Source: Erysipelothrix larvae (lineage in GTDB: Bacteria > Bacillota_I > Bacilli_A > Erysipelotrichales > Erysipelotrichaceae). Taken from it: a stretch of DNA of 32,000 nt. This document shows positions 16,923-25,823 of this stretch, piece by piece (within the stretch, counting starts at the first letter, position 1; each line of letters starts with the position of its first letter). Location: the NCBI RefSeq assembly GCF_001545095.1, contig NZ_CP013213.1, forward strand, positions 30,001 to 62,000. The letters are read 5' to 3'. The notes below the pieces were generated by a model that made no database searches, was not told the DNA's origin, and saw nothing but the letters and a program-made list of their open reading frames with translations. The position numbers and the translations under genes were made by a program.

Positions 16923-19341
16923 CTTCATCACCTCCTTGTTTAAATGAGTAATTATCGAAAAGTGGTAAATTGAATTTATTTACATCCAATTCACCGTTAA
17001 GTAATTGTTGTTTTAAGTAGTCATAGAGCGCTACAAAGTACACTTTAACTTTCTCTATGTCATAAGGCTTACCAAATATGTAGAACGCGTCATCTTTCTT
17101 TCGAAGCATCAGTCCTGTGTAGAAATCAGCTTGAGTAAAACGATCATCGGGTTCATCGAAAAACCACCCTTTATAACTATGGGCTTTTTGAAGGTCTTGA
17201 ATCGTGACTGGATTACTTGAAGAAATCCCTTTAGTCTTCGAATAACTTGGCCCATTTTGGGTTATCGTATTTTTATTGAGGCTGTAATAGAAAACTCCTT
17301 GGATTGGCATGTTATAGCGAAGACGCGCCATCAGTGCATACGTTAAGAGTTGGAGTTGATGACCAAGTAGTATCTCATTTGACTGTAATACATGATTGCT
17401 GCTTTTATAATCGACGATTAGCAGGTGATCATCCGCAACATCAATTCGGTCAATGACACCATTAAACTCAAAACCTTCAAAGAAGGATTCATTCTCAAAC
17501 CGGGTTTCAAAATAAGTAGGTTTGAATGAAGTGGTCTGGATTGCTTGTGACAGATTGTCGTGGTGAAATTGAAGCACTTCGTCATTTATTTCGCGAATAA
17601 GGGATAGCGTTGCATCATCAAGCGGAAGATAAGAGGCATAGTCATCCCAAAGATTGGTGTTTTTACCGTTTAAAGAGCGTTCAAAATAGGAGTGATTAAG
17701 CGTACCGAATAATCGTTCATCAAGTTTATACGATGGAGGTTCTTGAAGCCTTAGACCGTGTTTAATGAAATGCTGCAGTGGATCTTGAACATAAAGCTCA
17801 AGTGATGACACAGATCCAACGATTTTTCCATCTCTTTCATATAAAGCACGCGCGAGCATTGGGTCGAGTTTTAATGAGGGTTTAAGGCCATTAAGTGCTT
17901 CTTGAATGCTCCATGGCTTGGGTTTAATATTATATTGCGACAATAAAACCTCGGCATCATAAGCCCCTTCCAGAGCTTTACCTTCATAAGTTGCATGTGG
18001 AAACGACAGCACAAGGTGGTCTGCTTTTCTAAAGATTGATCGTTTTAATTCAAGATTGAACTTATTTCGCGCTTCAAGTGTTGGAAACCCTTTGATTTGC
18101 TTAACATAGGACTCATCAAGTACCCCTGACAGTGAAGAAAGATTAGGATAGGCTTTTGATGACAATCCAAGAATAATCAGTGGTCCATCAATCTGTGAAG
18201 GGATTGCATTCACATCAACAACCTGTATCGAAAGCGACTGCTTAGGATTATCTTTAAGCGCTTGAATATGTTTTATCACGACGGGTAAACTATCGCGTGT
18301 GATAAATGGATACACTTCTTGCACGTAGCGAAGCAAGGGCTTCGTATCAAAAGGGTGAAGTTCACTTAAGCGATTGAGTGCATAAACAATAAAATCGTTC
18401 AAAGACATTTCTTGAATTTCGAGTAGGTAGTCTCTTAAGATTTGAGCATCGTCTTGAATCTCCTTTTGAAGGTCGATGATATCGCGTACAATTGACATCT
18501 TGGTATCAAGGGCATAGTTAAACGGCTCAACCAGTTGATTGAGATGGAGTTTATAATGATGAATGTAACGTAAGAGTTTATAAGATTTCTTAAGGCCTAA
18601 TGCACCTGATTCAATAAGCGCTAAGGTAGAAGCAAGGTCTTGTGAGGTGTATTGTTTTATGAAAGCCAGCATTTGATGCTTGACGATATCAAACAGACGG
18701 TTTTGATAGGAAACATTTACACCATATCTTTGAAAACAACTTTCAACATAAGGGATGACGGATTCATAGTTAAATAAAGCAATCACCGCGTTGTCGAAGT
18801 GATGTGAAAGTATGTATTGCATGGCACCTTCAAGTTCTTGTCTAAAATTAAGCGCTTCAAACGCTTCAAGTTTTGAAGGACTTTTTTGTGAAGGTGAAAG
18901 TGGTAATGCATTCGATTTAGATAAAAATGCAATTTGAGCGTGTGACAAGCCCTCTAAACTATAGTAAATCGTTCCAGGTGGAAGCGAAAGGGAAGGAATA
19001 TAGGGCTCGATGATTGAGAAAGCGTGATAGAGTTCTTTCTCTCTTTGAGTCGTTTGTGGTAAACAACTAAGGTCAAGATCATAACATTTCATGTCGATTC
19101 TGAAGTTGATTAAGTCTTTTATCAATGAGGGACTTTTTAATGAAAGCTCAAGCAAAGAAAAAGAATTGTTTTGAATCGCTTCGAAACAATGTATTTCAAT
19201 TTGTTTTGAAGTAAGGGGACTTTCTAAACAACACGCTTCAAAAGGAAGCACTTGAACACCCATGAGTACATCATTGTTTTTTACTAAATCATGTTGAAAA
19301 GAACGAACGTTTGATGCTGGTACAATATAAGTTTTTCTCAT
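16912..19341 (-). CDS. addB: Helicase/nuclease subunit B (AddB/RexB-like), compact form
   Basis: It sits immediately upstream of addA and is translationally coupled to it. The C-terminal RecB-family nuclease motif is FNGVIDRIDVADDHLLIVDYKSSN...QLQLLTYAL. The N-terminal two thirds have no motif I recognise. Confidence 0.72.
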   Translation of the reverse strand: MRKTYIVPASNVRSFQHDLVKNNDVLMGVQVLPFEACCLESPLTSKQIEIHCFEAIQNNSFSLLELSLKSPSLIKDLINFRIDMKCYDLDLSCLPQTTQREKELYHAFSIIEPYIPSLSLPPGTIYYSLEGLSHAQIAFLSKSNALPLSPSQKSPSKLEAFEALNFRQELEGAMQYILSHHFDNAVIALFNYESVIPYVESCFQRYGVNVSYQNRLFDIVKHQMLAFIKQYTSQDLASTLALIESGALGLKKSYKLLRYIHHYKLHLNQLVEPFNYALDTKMSIVRDIIDLQKEIQDDAQILRDYLLEIQEMSLNDFIVYALNRLSELHPFDTKPLLRYVQEVYPFITRDSLPVVIKHIQALKDNPKQSLSIQVVDVNAIPSQIDGPLIILGLSSKAYPNLSSLSGVLDESYVKQIKGFPTLEARNKFNLELKRSIFRKADHLVLSFPHATYEGKALEGAYDAEVLLSQYNIKPKPWSIQEALNGLKPSLKLDPMLARALYERDGKIVGSVSSLELYVQDPLQHFIKHGLRLQEPPSYKLDERLFGTLNHSYFERSLNGKNTNLWDDYASYLPLDDATLSLIREINDEVLQFHHDNLSQAIQTTSFKPTYFETRFENESFFEGFEFNGVIDRIDVADDHLLIVDYKSSNHVLQSNEILLGHQLQLLTYALMARLRYNMPIQGVFYYSLNKNTITQNGPSYSKTKGISSSNPVTIQDLQKAHSYKGWFFDEPDDRFTQADFYTGLMLRKKDDAFYIFGKPYDIEKVKVYFVALYDYLKQQLLNGELDVNKFNLPLFDNYSFKQGGDEDES

Positions 19342-19451
19342 TGATTTTTCCCTCGCTTTGTCTTAATATTATCATGAAATTCAATGTTTGTTTTTAGATT
19401 TTGTATTTATTGATAAGTATGTCATACTAAGAGAGGTTATAAGGAGGCATT

Positions 19452-20207
19452 ATGAAATTTATATCATGGAATGTGAACGGGTTACGCGCAATAATGAAGA
19501 AAGATTTCCCTGAACAGTTTAAGTCTTTTGACGCAGATGTAATCTCGCTACAAGAAATAAAATTACAGGAAGGGCAATCCGATTTTAGTCCAGAAGGATA
19601 TTATGCGTATCATAACTATGCACAACGCAAAGGATATTCAGGAACAGCGGTTTTTACAAAAAAGAAACCTTTATCGGTGACGTATGGTATCGGCATCGAA
19701 TCGCATGATCAAGAAGGGCGTGTTATAACCTGCGAGTATGATAAATTCTTTTTAGTAAATGTATATACACCCAATGCGCAGCCTGAACTTAAGCGATTAT
19801 CCTACCGTGTACAATGGGAAACTGATTTTAGAGCATATTTGATGCACTTGGATACGATGAAACCTGTGGTATTGTGTGGTGATTTAAATGTAGCTCACCA
19901 AGAAATTGACTTAAAAAATCCAAAATCAAATCGAAACAATCCGGGGTTCTCTGATGAGGAACGGAGTGAATTCACAAAATTACTTGAAGTGGGATTTACA
20001 GATTCATTTAGATTCTTATACCCAGATATTACAGAGCGTTACTCTTGGTGGAGTTATCGATTTAATGCCCGTGCAAATAACTCAGGGTGGCGGATTGATT
20101 ATTTTGTCGTGTCAAACCGATTACAAAATAAGATTCTTGATGCAGACATCTTGGATCAAGAGTTTGGAAGTGATCATGCACCAGTTGTACTGAAACTTGA
20201 TATTTAA
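19452..20207 (+). CDS. exoA: Exodeoxyribonuclease III (AP endonuclease, ExoA/Xth family)
   Basis: MKFISWNVNGLRA, LQEIK, GDLNVAH, WWSYR and GSDHAPV. AAGGAGG lies upstream. Confidence 0.92.
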   Translation: MKFISWNVNGLRAIMKKDFPEQFKSFDADVISLQEIKLQEGQSDFSPEGYYAYHNYAQRKGYSGTAVFTKKKPLSVTYGIGIESHDQEGRVITCEYDKFFLVNVYTPNAQPELKRLSYRVQWETDFRAYLMHLDTMKPVVLCGDLNVAHQEIDLKNPKSNRNNPGFSDEERSEFTKLLEVGFTDSFRFLYPDITERYSWWSYRFNARANNSGWRIDYFVVSNRLQNKILDADILDQEFGSDHAPVVLKLDI

Positions 20208-20210
20208 CTA

Positions 20211-20259
20211 AAAAACATTCTAGGAGTCGAAATCATACGATGGCTTAGAATGTTTTTTT
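20211..20259 (+). terminator. Rho-independent terminator after exoA
   Basis: Perfect 12-bp stem AAAAACATTCTA / TAGAATGTTTTT with a 23-nt loop, and the T-run continues. Confidence 0.7.
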
Positions 20260-20401
20260 ATGGGTATACAAAATGTAAGGTCAATAAAGTAGGGTATTCA
20301 TGATGCTTTATGATAATATTTGAGTCAAAGAGAACAATCGTTCAAATATTCAACTTTGTAAACGGTTAACTGTGGATTGTTTCCTTTTTATATGAAAAGT
20401 G

Positions 20402-20410
20402 TGTTATACT
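20402..20410 (+). promoter_or_regulatory. Possible extended -10 element (TGTTATACT) for the DEAD-box helicase gene
   Basis: TGnTATACT lies 28 nt upstream of ATG 20438. No clear -35. Confidence 0.35.
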
Positions 20411-20437
20411 AGAACGCGTGACTGAAAGTAGGAATAT

Positions 20438-22069
20438 ATGACATTTAATGAATTTTTATTACAGGAGTCGATCTTAAGAGCGCTCTCAGAAAAAGGGTAT
20501 GAAACACCCACTGAGATTCAAAATCTTGCGATTCCTATATTTATGGAAGGAAGCGATGTATTGGCACAATCTCAGACAGGTACTGGGAAAACTGCAGCCT
20601 TTGGCTTGCCAATGATAAATCGCTTAGAGAAGCTTGATAAACGTGTGACACAAGGACTGGTATTATGTCCAACTCGTGAATTGTGTATGCAAGTAGCGGA
20701 AGAACTCCGTACGTTTATGAAGTTTGTGCAACATGCACGTGTAGCGAGTGTCTATGGTGGAGAACCAATTGATCGCCAAATCCGTGATTTACGACGGGGA
20801 TGTGATATTGTTGTCGCAACACCAGGTCGTTTACTCGATCATTTAAGAAGAAAAACAATCCGACTTAACAATTGCTCAATGCTTGTATTAGACGAAGCAG
20901 ATGAAATGTTAAACATGGGATTTTTAGAAGACATCGAAACAGTGCTTGAATACTTACCAGAAGAAACTCAAAAAGGCTTCTTCTCAGCAACAATGCCTAA
21001 GGCAATTTTAGAATTGTCAAATACATTCTTGAAAGATCCAAAGATGGTGCGTGTTTCACCAAAGAATGTAACATCAGAAAATATTAAGCAAATTGCATAC
21101 AGTGTAACAGAAGATAATAAGGTTAATCTAATTGCTCAACTCTTCTCATTCAACAGTGCAAAAAGTGCAATGGTATTTTGTAACACAAAACGTCGTGTTG
21201 ATGAAGTTGTGGATGCATTGAATGCGCAAGGAATCTTGTGTTTGGGTCTTCATGGAGACATGAAGCAAGAAATGCGTACGCAAGTTATGGGACGCTTTAA
21301 AAAAGGAAATGTGCAAATTCTTGTTGCGACTGATGTTGCAGCACGTGGAATTGATGTTCAGTCAATGGATATGGTAATCAATTACGATGTGCCTCAAGAA
21401 ACTGAATACTATGTACACCGTATCGGTCGTACAGGACGTAATGGTCGTGATGGGTTAGCAATTACATTTGTGACTCCACGTCAACGTTATCAATTACGCA
21501 ATCTAGAAAGACTGACTAAATCAACAATTGAAGTTCAACCTCTTCCAACAGAAGAAGATTTGAAGAACTACTTTATTGAGTCTGTAATTCAAGATGTTCA
21601 AGCATGGAAAGAAAAAGAAGTAAGTTCTGACTATGAAGCAATCTTAAATGCACTTGAGAATGAAGGATTGTCACTTTCTGACTTCATGGGTGCAATGTTG
21701 GCAGCTCAGTACGAAAAATCTTCATTGAAGCCAATCAAACAAGAACAACCTAAGGAAAGAAAACGTCGTAATGATGGTCCTATGGTAACCTTGGCATTGA
21801 ATGTTGGTGGGAAAGAACACGTTTCTCCAGCAACCTTCTTGAAGATCATTGCGAAAGTATCTGAAGATGCTTCACGCGCGGTCGGTGATATCACCATTAA
21901 ACCAAAGGAATCATTCATGGATGTTCCTGAAAAATTCAGTGATGTCATTGCAGATGCATTGCATCAAGAACGTGTTAAAGGACGTAAAATCACGGTTGAA
22001 AAACGGGCATTAATGAAACGTCGTCAAAACAGAGACGGTGGAAATCGTCGTAGAAAACCTCGCAATTAA
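20438..22069 (+). CDS. DEAD-box ATP-dependent RNA helicase with a DbpA-like C-terminal RNA-binding domain and basic tail
   Basis: Q-motif (F..F.L...IL.AL...GYE.PT.IQ), AQSQTGTGKT, PTRELC, VLDEADEM, SAT and HRIGRTGR. The C-terminus (TLALNVGGKEHVSPATFLKII...) resembles the DbpA/DeaD RBD, followed by an RR/RG-rich tail. Confidence 0.9.
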   Translation: MTFNEFLLQESILRALSEKGYETPTEIQNLAIPIFMEGSDVLAQSQTGTGKTAAFGLPMINRLEKLDKRVTQGLVLCPTRELCMQVAEELRTFMKFVQHARVASVYGGEPIDRQIRDLRRGCDIVVATPGRLLDHLRRKTIRLNNCSMLVLDEADEMLNMGFLEDIETVLEYLPEETQKGFFSATMPKAILELSNTFLKDPKMVRVSPKNVTSENIKQIAYSVTEDNKVNLIAQLFSFNSAKSAMVFCNTKRRVDEVVDALNAQGILCLGLHGDMKQEMRTQVMGRFKKGNVQILVATDVAARGIDVQSMDMVINYDVPQETEYYVHRIGRTGRNGRDGLAITFVTPRQRYQLRNLERLTKSTIEVQPLPTEEDLKNYFIESVIQDVQAWKEKEVSSDYEAILNALENEGLSLSDFMGAMLAAQYEKSSLKPIKQEQPKERKRRNDGPMVTLALNVGGKEHVSPATFLKIIAKVSEDASRAVGDITIKPKESFMDVPEKFSDVIADALHQERVKGRKITVEKRALMKRRQNRDGGNRRRKPRN

Positions 22070-22078
22070 ATGCGTATT

Positions 22079-22117
22079 AAAGCTAAGTACATAAAGACAA
22101 GAATACTTAGCTTTTTT
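22079..22117 (+). terminator. Rho-independent terminator after the helicase gene
   Basis: Perfect 11-bp stem AAAGCTAAGTA / TACTTAGCTTT followed by a T-run. Confidence 0.8.
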
Positions 22118-22240
22118 CTTTGGAAAGGATAATTGAAGGGATTTAAGTACTATTAATTGAATATGGTGAGGATCAACATCCTAATGAGGCAGAGAAAATG
22201 CCTAAAGGCGAAGACACGTATGAAACGAGAGTACCCTTTC

Positions 22241-22269
22241 TTGACAGCTAACTTGAGTTAGCCTATAAT
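22241..22269 (+). promoter_or_regulatory. Consensus sigma-A promoter of the tetR-hydrolase unit
   Basis: TTGACA (22241-22246), exactly 17 nt, then TATAAT (22264-22269). Both hexamers are perfect consensus. It lies 40 nt upstream of ATG 22309, and AGAGGGG precedes the ATG. Confidence 0.75.
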
Positions 22270-22292
22270 TGAATTAGCTAACTAGGATTAGC
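22247..22292 (+). promoter_or_regulatory. Two related palindromic operators (probable TetR autoregulatory sites)
   Basis: O1 is GCTAAC-ttga-GTTAGC (22247-22262), a perfect 6-4-6 palindrome that fills the -35/-10 spacer. O2 is GCTAAC-tagga-TTAGC (22277-22292), just downstream of the -10. The AGCTAACT cores are 30 bp apart. Confidence 0.55.
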
Positions 22293-22308
22293 CACAGAGG
22301 GGATATGA

Positions 22309-22923
22309 ATGAATACTAAGCAAAAGATATTATATGAAGCATTATCTCTATTTTCTGTTAAAGGATATAGTGCGGTTAATGTTGGGGAAATTGCAGAAGC
22401 GGTGGGAATTAAAACACCATCATTATATAAGCACTATAAAAGCAAACAGGATATTTTCAATTTTTGCGTCGTTGAGTTTTCGAAACGGATCGAAACAATG
22501 CACAATGACATGAGATTGCCTGAATCAAAAAAGGCTGCATTTGCTTATGATTCTATTTCAACCGAAAAGCTTATTGATGTTACAACAGGCCTTTTTCTAT
22601 TTTATTTACAAGACGATGTTGCTTCCAAATTTCGAAAAATGTTACAGATAGAACGTTACCATAATTCAGAAATCAATGCAGTGTATGAAGATTTATTTAT
22701 TGAAGGATCCATCAAACATGAAGAAGAAATATTTACCGAACTTATAAACAAAGGGGTGATTAAAGGGAATAATGCACATGTCCTTGCGTTGCGTTTTTAT
22801 ACTCCGATATTCTTTTTATTACAGAAATATGACATGAATCATGACCAAATAGAGGATGCGAAAAGAGAACTTGCTTTAATGGTGCAGGATTTCCGTGATA
22901 CGTATGTAAATGCAGAAAATTGA
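22309..22923 (+). CDS. TetR/AcrR family transcriptional regulator
   Basis: N-terminal HTH: KILYEALSLFSVKGYSAVNVGEIAEAVGIKTPSLYKHYKSKQDIF. Confidence 0.9.
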   Translation: MNTKQKILYEALSLFSVKGYSAVNVGEIAEAVGIKTPSLYKHYKSKQDIFNFCVVEFSKRIETMHNDMRLPESKKAAFAYDSISTEKLIDVTTGLFLFYLQDDVASKFRKMLQIERYHNSEINAVYEDLFIEGSIKHEEEIFTELINKGVIKGNNAHVLALRFYTPIFFLLQKYDMNHDQIEDAKRELALMVQDFRDTYVNAEN

Positions 22924-22961
22924 AAATGGATAAATCATACAGAAAGGATTGAAATAAGACT

Positions 22962-23849
22962 ATGTGGATATATATCCTTGGCACAATGCTTATCGTTATA
23001 ACCATGTATTTGGTGATACAAGCAATACGATGCCATAACGCCGTCAAAGAAAGTCGTAAAACACTCACCACTTATCAAGCCGAAAGTGTTTCCTTAAGTT
23101 ATGGTAATCTAACATATGTGGACAAAGGCGTCGGAGAAGTAATCCTATCAGTTCACGGTCTTTTCGGAGGATATGACCAAGCTTTTGATACGTGCAAGGA
23201 TTTGAGCTCTGATTATAGAATTATTGCGCCTTCAAGGTTTGGATATGTTGGCAGTGATATTTTAGGAAGCGGAACACCTGGTGAACAAGCAACTGCATTT
23301 GTTGAATTGCTCGATAGATTGAAAATTGAGAAGGTTTTCTTGTTAGGAACATCAGCAGGCGGCAGTGTCTCAATACGATTTGCATTAGATTATCCACATC
23401 GGACAAAGGGACTTATACTATATTGCTCTGGAATGCATTTTTCAGAAAAACCTCATACATATCCTGAATATGCAGGCCCTCCTGCGTTCTTGTGCAACAA
23501 TTTCGCAATGTATGTTATCAGCCCATTTTTTGAACCGATTATGGGGATGCATCCATCTACTATAAACAGCATGCTTCCGATTGGGGATCGAAAAGACGGT
23601 GTGATATTGGATGCTTCTGTTACGAATCCAGATATGGCACGAAACTTTGAGAACTATCACATCGAGTCTTTGCAAGTGCCTACTCTCATTTTTCATGCTA
23701 TAGATGATAAATTAGTACGCTACGAAGATACACTTAACGCACTCAACCGCTTTCCTAATTGCACATTCATCTCCTTCGAAACAGGGGGCCATTTGATGGA
23801 TGGGCATGCAAAAGAAATAGAAACAGCGGTAGCAAAATTTATCCATTAA
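22962..23849 (+). CDS. Alpha/beta-fold hydrolase with an N-terminal membrane anchor
   Basis: N-terminal helix MWIYILGTMLIVITMYLVIQAI, HG.FGG, nucleophile elbow GTSAGG (GxSxG), and late D...GGH (FHAIDD...ETGGHL) consistent with a Ser-Asp-His triad. Confidence 0.8.
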   Translation: MWIYILGTMLIVITMYLVIQAIRCHNAVKESRKTLTTYQAESVSLSYGNLTYVDKGVGEVILSVHGLFGGYDQAFDTCKDLSSDYRIIAPSRFGYVGSDILGSGTPGEQATAFVELLDRLKIEKVFLLGTSAGGSVSIRFALDYPHRTKGLILYCSGMHFSEKPHTYPEYAGPPAFLCNNFAMYVISPFFEPIMGMHPSTINSMLPIGDRKDGVILDASVTNPDMARNFENYHIESLQVPTLIFHAIDDKLVRYEDTLNALNRFPNCTFISFETGGHLMDGHAKEIETAVAKFIH

Positions 23850-23871
23850 TTGATCAGTATTACAGTAAGTT

Positions 23872-23902
23872 AAAAAAGATATCCAGTGTAGGATATCTTT
23901 TT
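23872..23902. terminator. Bidirectional rho-independent terminator between convergent genes
   Basis: AAAAGATATCC-agtgta-GGATATCTTTT is a perfect 11-bp stem flanked by an A-run on the 5' side and a T-run on the 3' side, so it can terminate both strands. Confidence 0.7.
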
Positions 23903-24755
23903 ACTTCAAAATCTTCATGTACTGAAGTGCAACAGATCCAAGTCCACAGTGGACACTGACTGTTGATATTAAATCATGTTTTCGTATTTCTGTATTAGGA
24001 AATGCTATGTGAAGTTTATCAACGGTTTCATTTAGAAGTTCCATCGAATCAACATGTGCCACGGTAATCGTGTAAGTTTCATCCACACCGGCTTGTTTCA
24101 TGTTTTCAACCACGGTTGAAATGGCTTTGCTCATGGTACGTACTTTATCCATGGGTTCAATAACTCCAAGTGTGTCTTTGTTTAAATGAAGAATCGGTTT
24201 TATTTTTAGGAAACCACCTAAAGTTGCGGCAAGTGGTGATAATCGACCACCACGTGATAAATGACCCAAGTCATCAGGTATGATATTTGTGTCGCTATGT
24301 TCAATAGCATCTTCGATTATTCCAGTTATTTCGCTTAAGCTACGTCCACTATTAAGTTCACGTCTTGCATAAAGCGCAATGTCAAGTGAGTTATGGAATG
24401 TAGAGTAACAATCGATAAAATCAAAACGAATATCCATATAGTTTGCAGCAGTTCGCATTGCATTGATGGTACTAGAAATTCCAGATGTAATAGGCACCGC
24501 AAGAATTTTGTCATACCCATCGTTTTTAATTTGTTCAAATAAGGCTTCAATGCGTCCGATTGCTGGTAATGAAGTCGTTAAGGTATGATGCTCTTTCATT
24601 AAGGTATTAACCTGTGTATTGCTGATTTCAACACTTTCAAGATATGTTGTATCCCCATCAATTATTTGAAGCGGAACGGCATATAATCCTTTAACATCTT
24701 TAAGATCTTCGTTATAGTAGTTACTCCCACTGTCGGTAACAATTGCTATATTCAT
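23901..24755 (-). CDS. DegV family fatty-acid-binding protein (FakB-like), copy 2
   Basis: MNIAIVTDSGSN..., TSLPAIGR, ILAVPITSGISST and LSRGGRL match the DegV signature blocks. Confidence 0.9.
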   Translation of the reverse strand: MNIAIVTDSGSNYYNEDLKDVKGLYAVPLQIIDGDTTYLESVEISNTQVNTLMKEHHTLTTSLPAIGRIEALFEQIKNDGYDKILAVPITSGISSTINAMRTAANYMDIRFDFIDCYSTFHNSLDIALYARRELNSGRSLSEITGIIEDAIEHSDTNIIPDDLGHLSRGGRLSPLAATLGGFLKIKPILHLNKDTLGVIEPMDKVRTMSKAISTVVENMKQAGVDETYTITVAHVDSMELLNETVDKLHIAFPNTEIRKHDLISTVSVHCGLGSVALQYMKILK

Positions 24756-24868
24756 ATCTATTCCTCCGTAAGTAAATTATACACCATTTTGAGATTGTTT
24801 ATAATTAATCAGCTATTAAGAAGTAGAAATGAAGATAATTTTTAAATCCAAACACAAATTGCGAGCAC

Positions 24869-25729
24869 CTATTGCTTAGTCTTAACATTCCATTGAATGG
24901 CAATTGTTCCAATTCCAGCATGAGTGGCTACTGCAGCAGGTAGAGGCATTCTGATAATTTCAATGTTTGGGAAGGTTTCGTGTACTCTATTGATGAATCG
25001 TTTTGATACTTCATCTGCTTCAAATTCAAGAATATAAAGGATATGATCGTTTTGATTTACGCCATTGTCTAAAAGATCGTTCATGATTGCATCGAAGGCT
25101 TTTGCCTCAGTACGTGCGGTAGCAAACTTTTCGATAGTTTTCCCTCTGTTTTCAAATCGAAGTACAGGTTTGATTTTTAATAGCGATGCAAGTGTTGCAG
25201 CGCTCGAAGAAATACGTCCACTGGCTTTGAGCTGACGAAAATCCTGTGGATAGATATATGTTGATGTATTGTCAAAGATGGGTTTGAATGCTTCTAATAT
25301 CTCTTCGACAGTTCCATCTTTCGCTTCAAAGTGTCGAATTAATCCAATAGCATTTTGTACCGGTCCTGCGATTGTATAAGAATCAATGACAGAAACATTT
25401 GATAATTGAAGTTCTTCTACTGCATGGTTAAATGCAGAGAATGTCCCTGAAAGGGTTGCGGAAAGTGTAATAATAAAAATATGGTCGTACCCTTCATCAC
25501 GCATAGGCTCTAATAACTCTAAAATGCGTCCAATATTTGGTTGAGATGTCATAATAATCTCATGACGTGCTAAAATATCTTTAACATCATTGTAAGTCAT
25601 TGTAATTTGGTCTTCAAAGTGTTCCTTGTTATATGTTAAAGTTAAAGGAGCAACTACAACACCTAAATCACTCGCTTGTTTTTCTGTAAGTGCTGCTGAC
25701 GAGTCAACAACGATTCCGTATTTCTTCAT
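24869..25729 (-). CDS. DegV family fatty-acid-binding protein (FakB-like), copy 1
   Basis: YGIVVDSSAAL, TSQPNIGR, IFIITLSATLSGT and LKASGRIS match the DegV signature blocks. Confidence 0.9.
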   Translation of the reverse strand: MKKYGIVVDSSAALTEKQASDLGVVVAPLTLTYNKEHFEDQITMTYNDVKDILARHEIIMTSQPNIGRILELLEPMRDEGYDHIFIITLSATLSGTFSAFNHAVEELQLSNVSVIDSYTIAGPVQNAIGLIRHFEAKDGTVEEILEAFKPIFDNTSTYIYPQDFRQLKASGRISSSAATLASLLKIKPVLRFENRGKTIEKFATARTEAKAFDAIMNDLLDNGVNQNDHILYILEFEADEVSKRFINRVHETFPNIEIIRMPLPAAVATHAGIGTIAIQWNVKTKQ

Positions 25730-25823
25730 AAAAACCTCCTATGGTCACTATGATTATAAGGAAAACTACTTTGATTGTCAAACTATAAGAACCAATTACT
25801 ATAAATATTTTCAGGAGGATGGT

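Noticed and set aside
13800-19341. UvrD-like helicase plus PD-(D/E)XK nuclease pair as a possible phage-defence module
   Set aside because: Both proteins carry the specific AddA/AddB layout: AddA has a helicase plus a C-terminal nuclease, and AddB has a C-terminal nuclease. They are translationally coupled in the canonical addB-addA order and are flanked by core genes (prs, exoA). This is the housekeeping DSB-repair complex, noted separately only for its reduced AddB.
19355-19375. Fur-box-like half site (ATTATCA) in the addB/exoA divergent region
   Set aside because: Only one half of the 7-1-7 repeat matches; the other half is 2 of 7. It also coincides with a TGATAATAT -10-like element on the minus strand, which explains the sequence.
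22163-22261. A 32-codon basic ORF (MVRINILMRQRKCLKAKTRMKREYPFLTANLS) upstream of tetR
   Set aside because: It has no SD and runs through the -35 and operator of the tetR promoter. It is most likely a chance ORF.
23390-23398. Perfect DnaA-box 9-mer TTATCCACA
   Set aside because: It is a single copy inside the alpha/beta hydrolase coding sequence. There is no cluster, no AT-rich unwinding element and no dnaA or dnaN nearby, so it is a chance occurrence.
25626-25823. N-terminal extension of the yigZ ORF
   Set aside because: It runs antisense through the degV start and the intergenic region. A strong AGGAGGA SD precedes ATG 25824, where YigZ homology begins.
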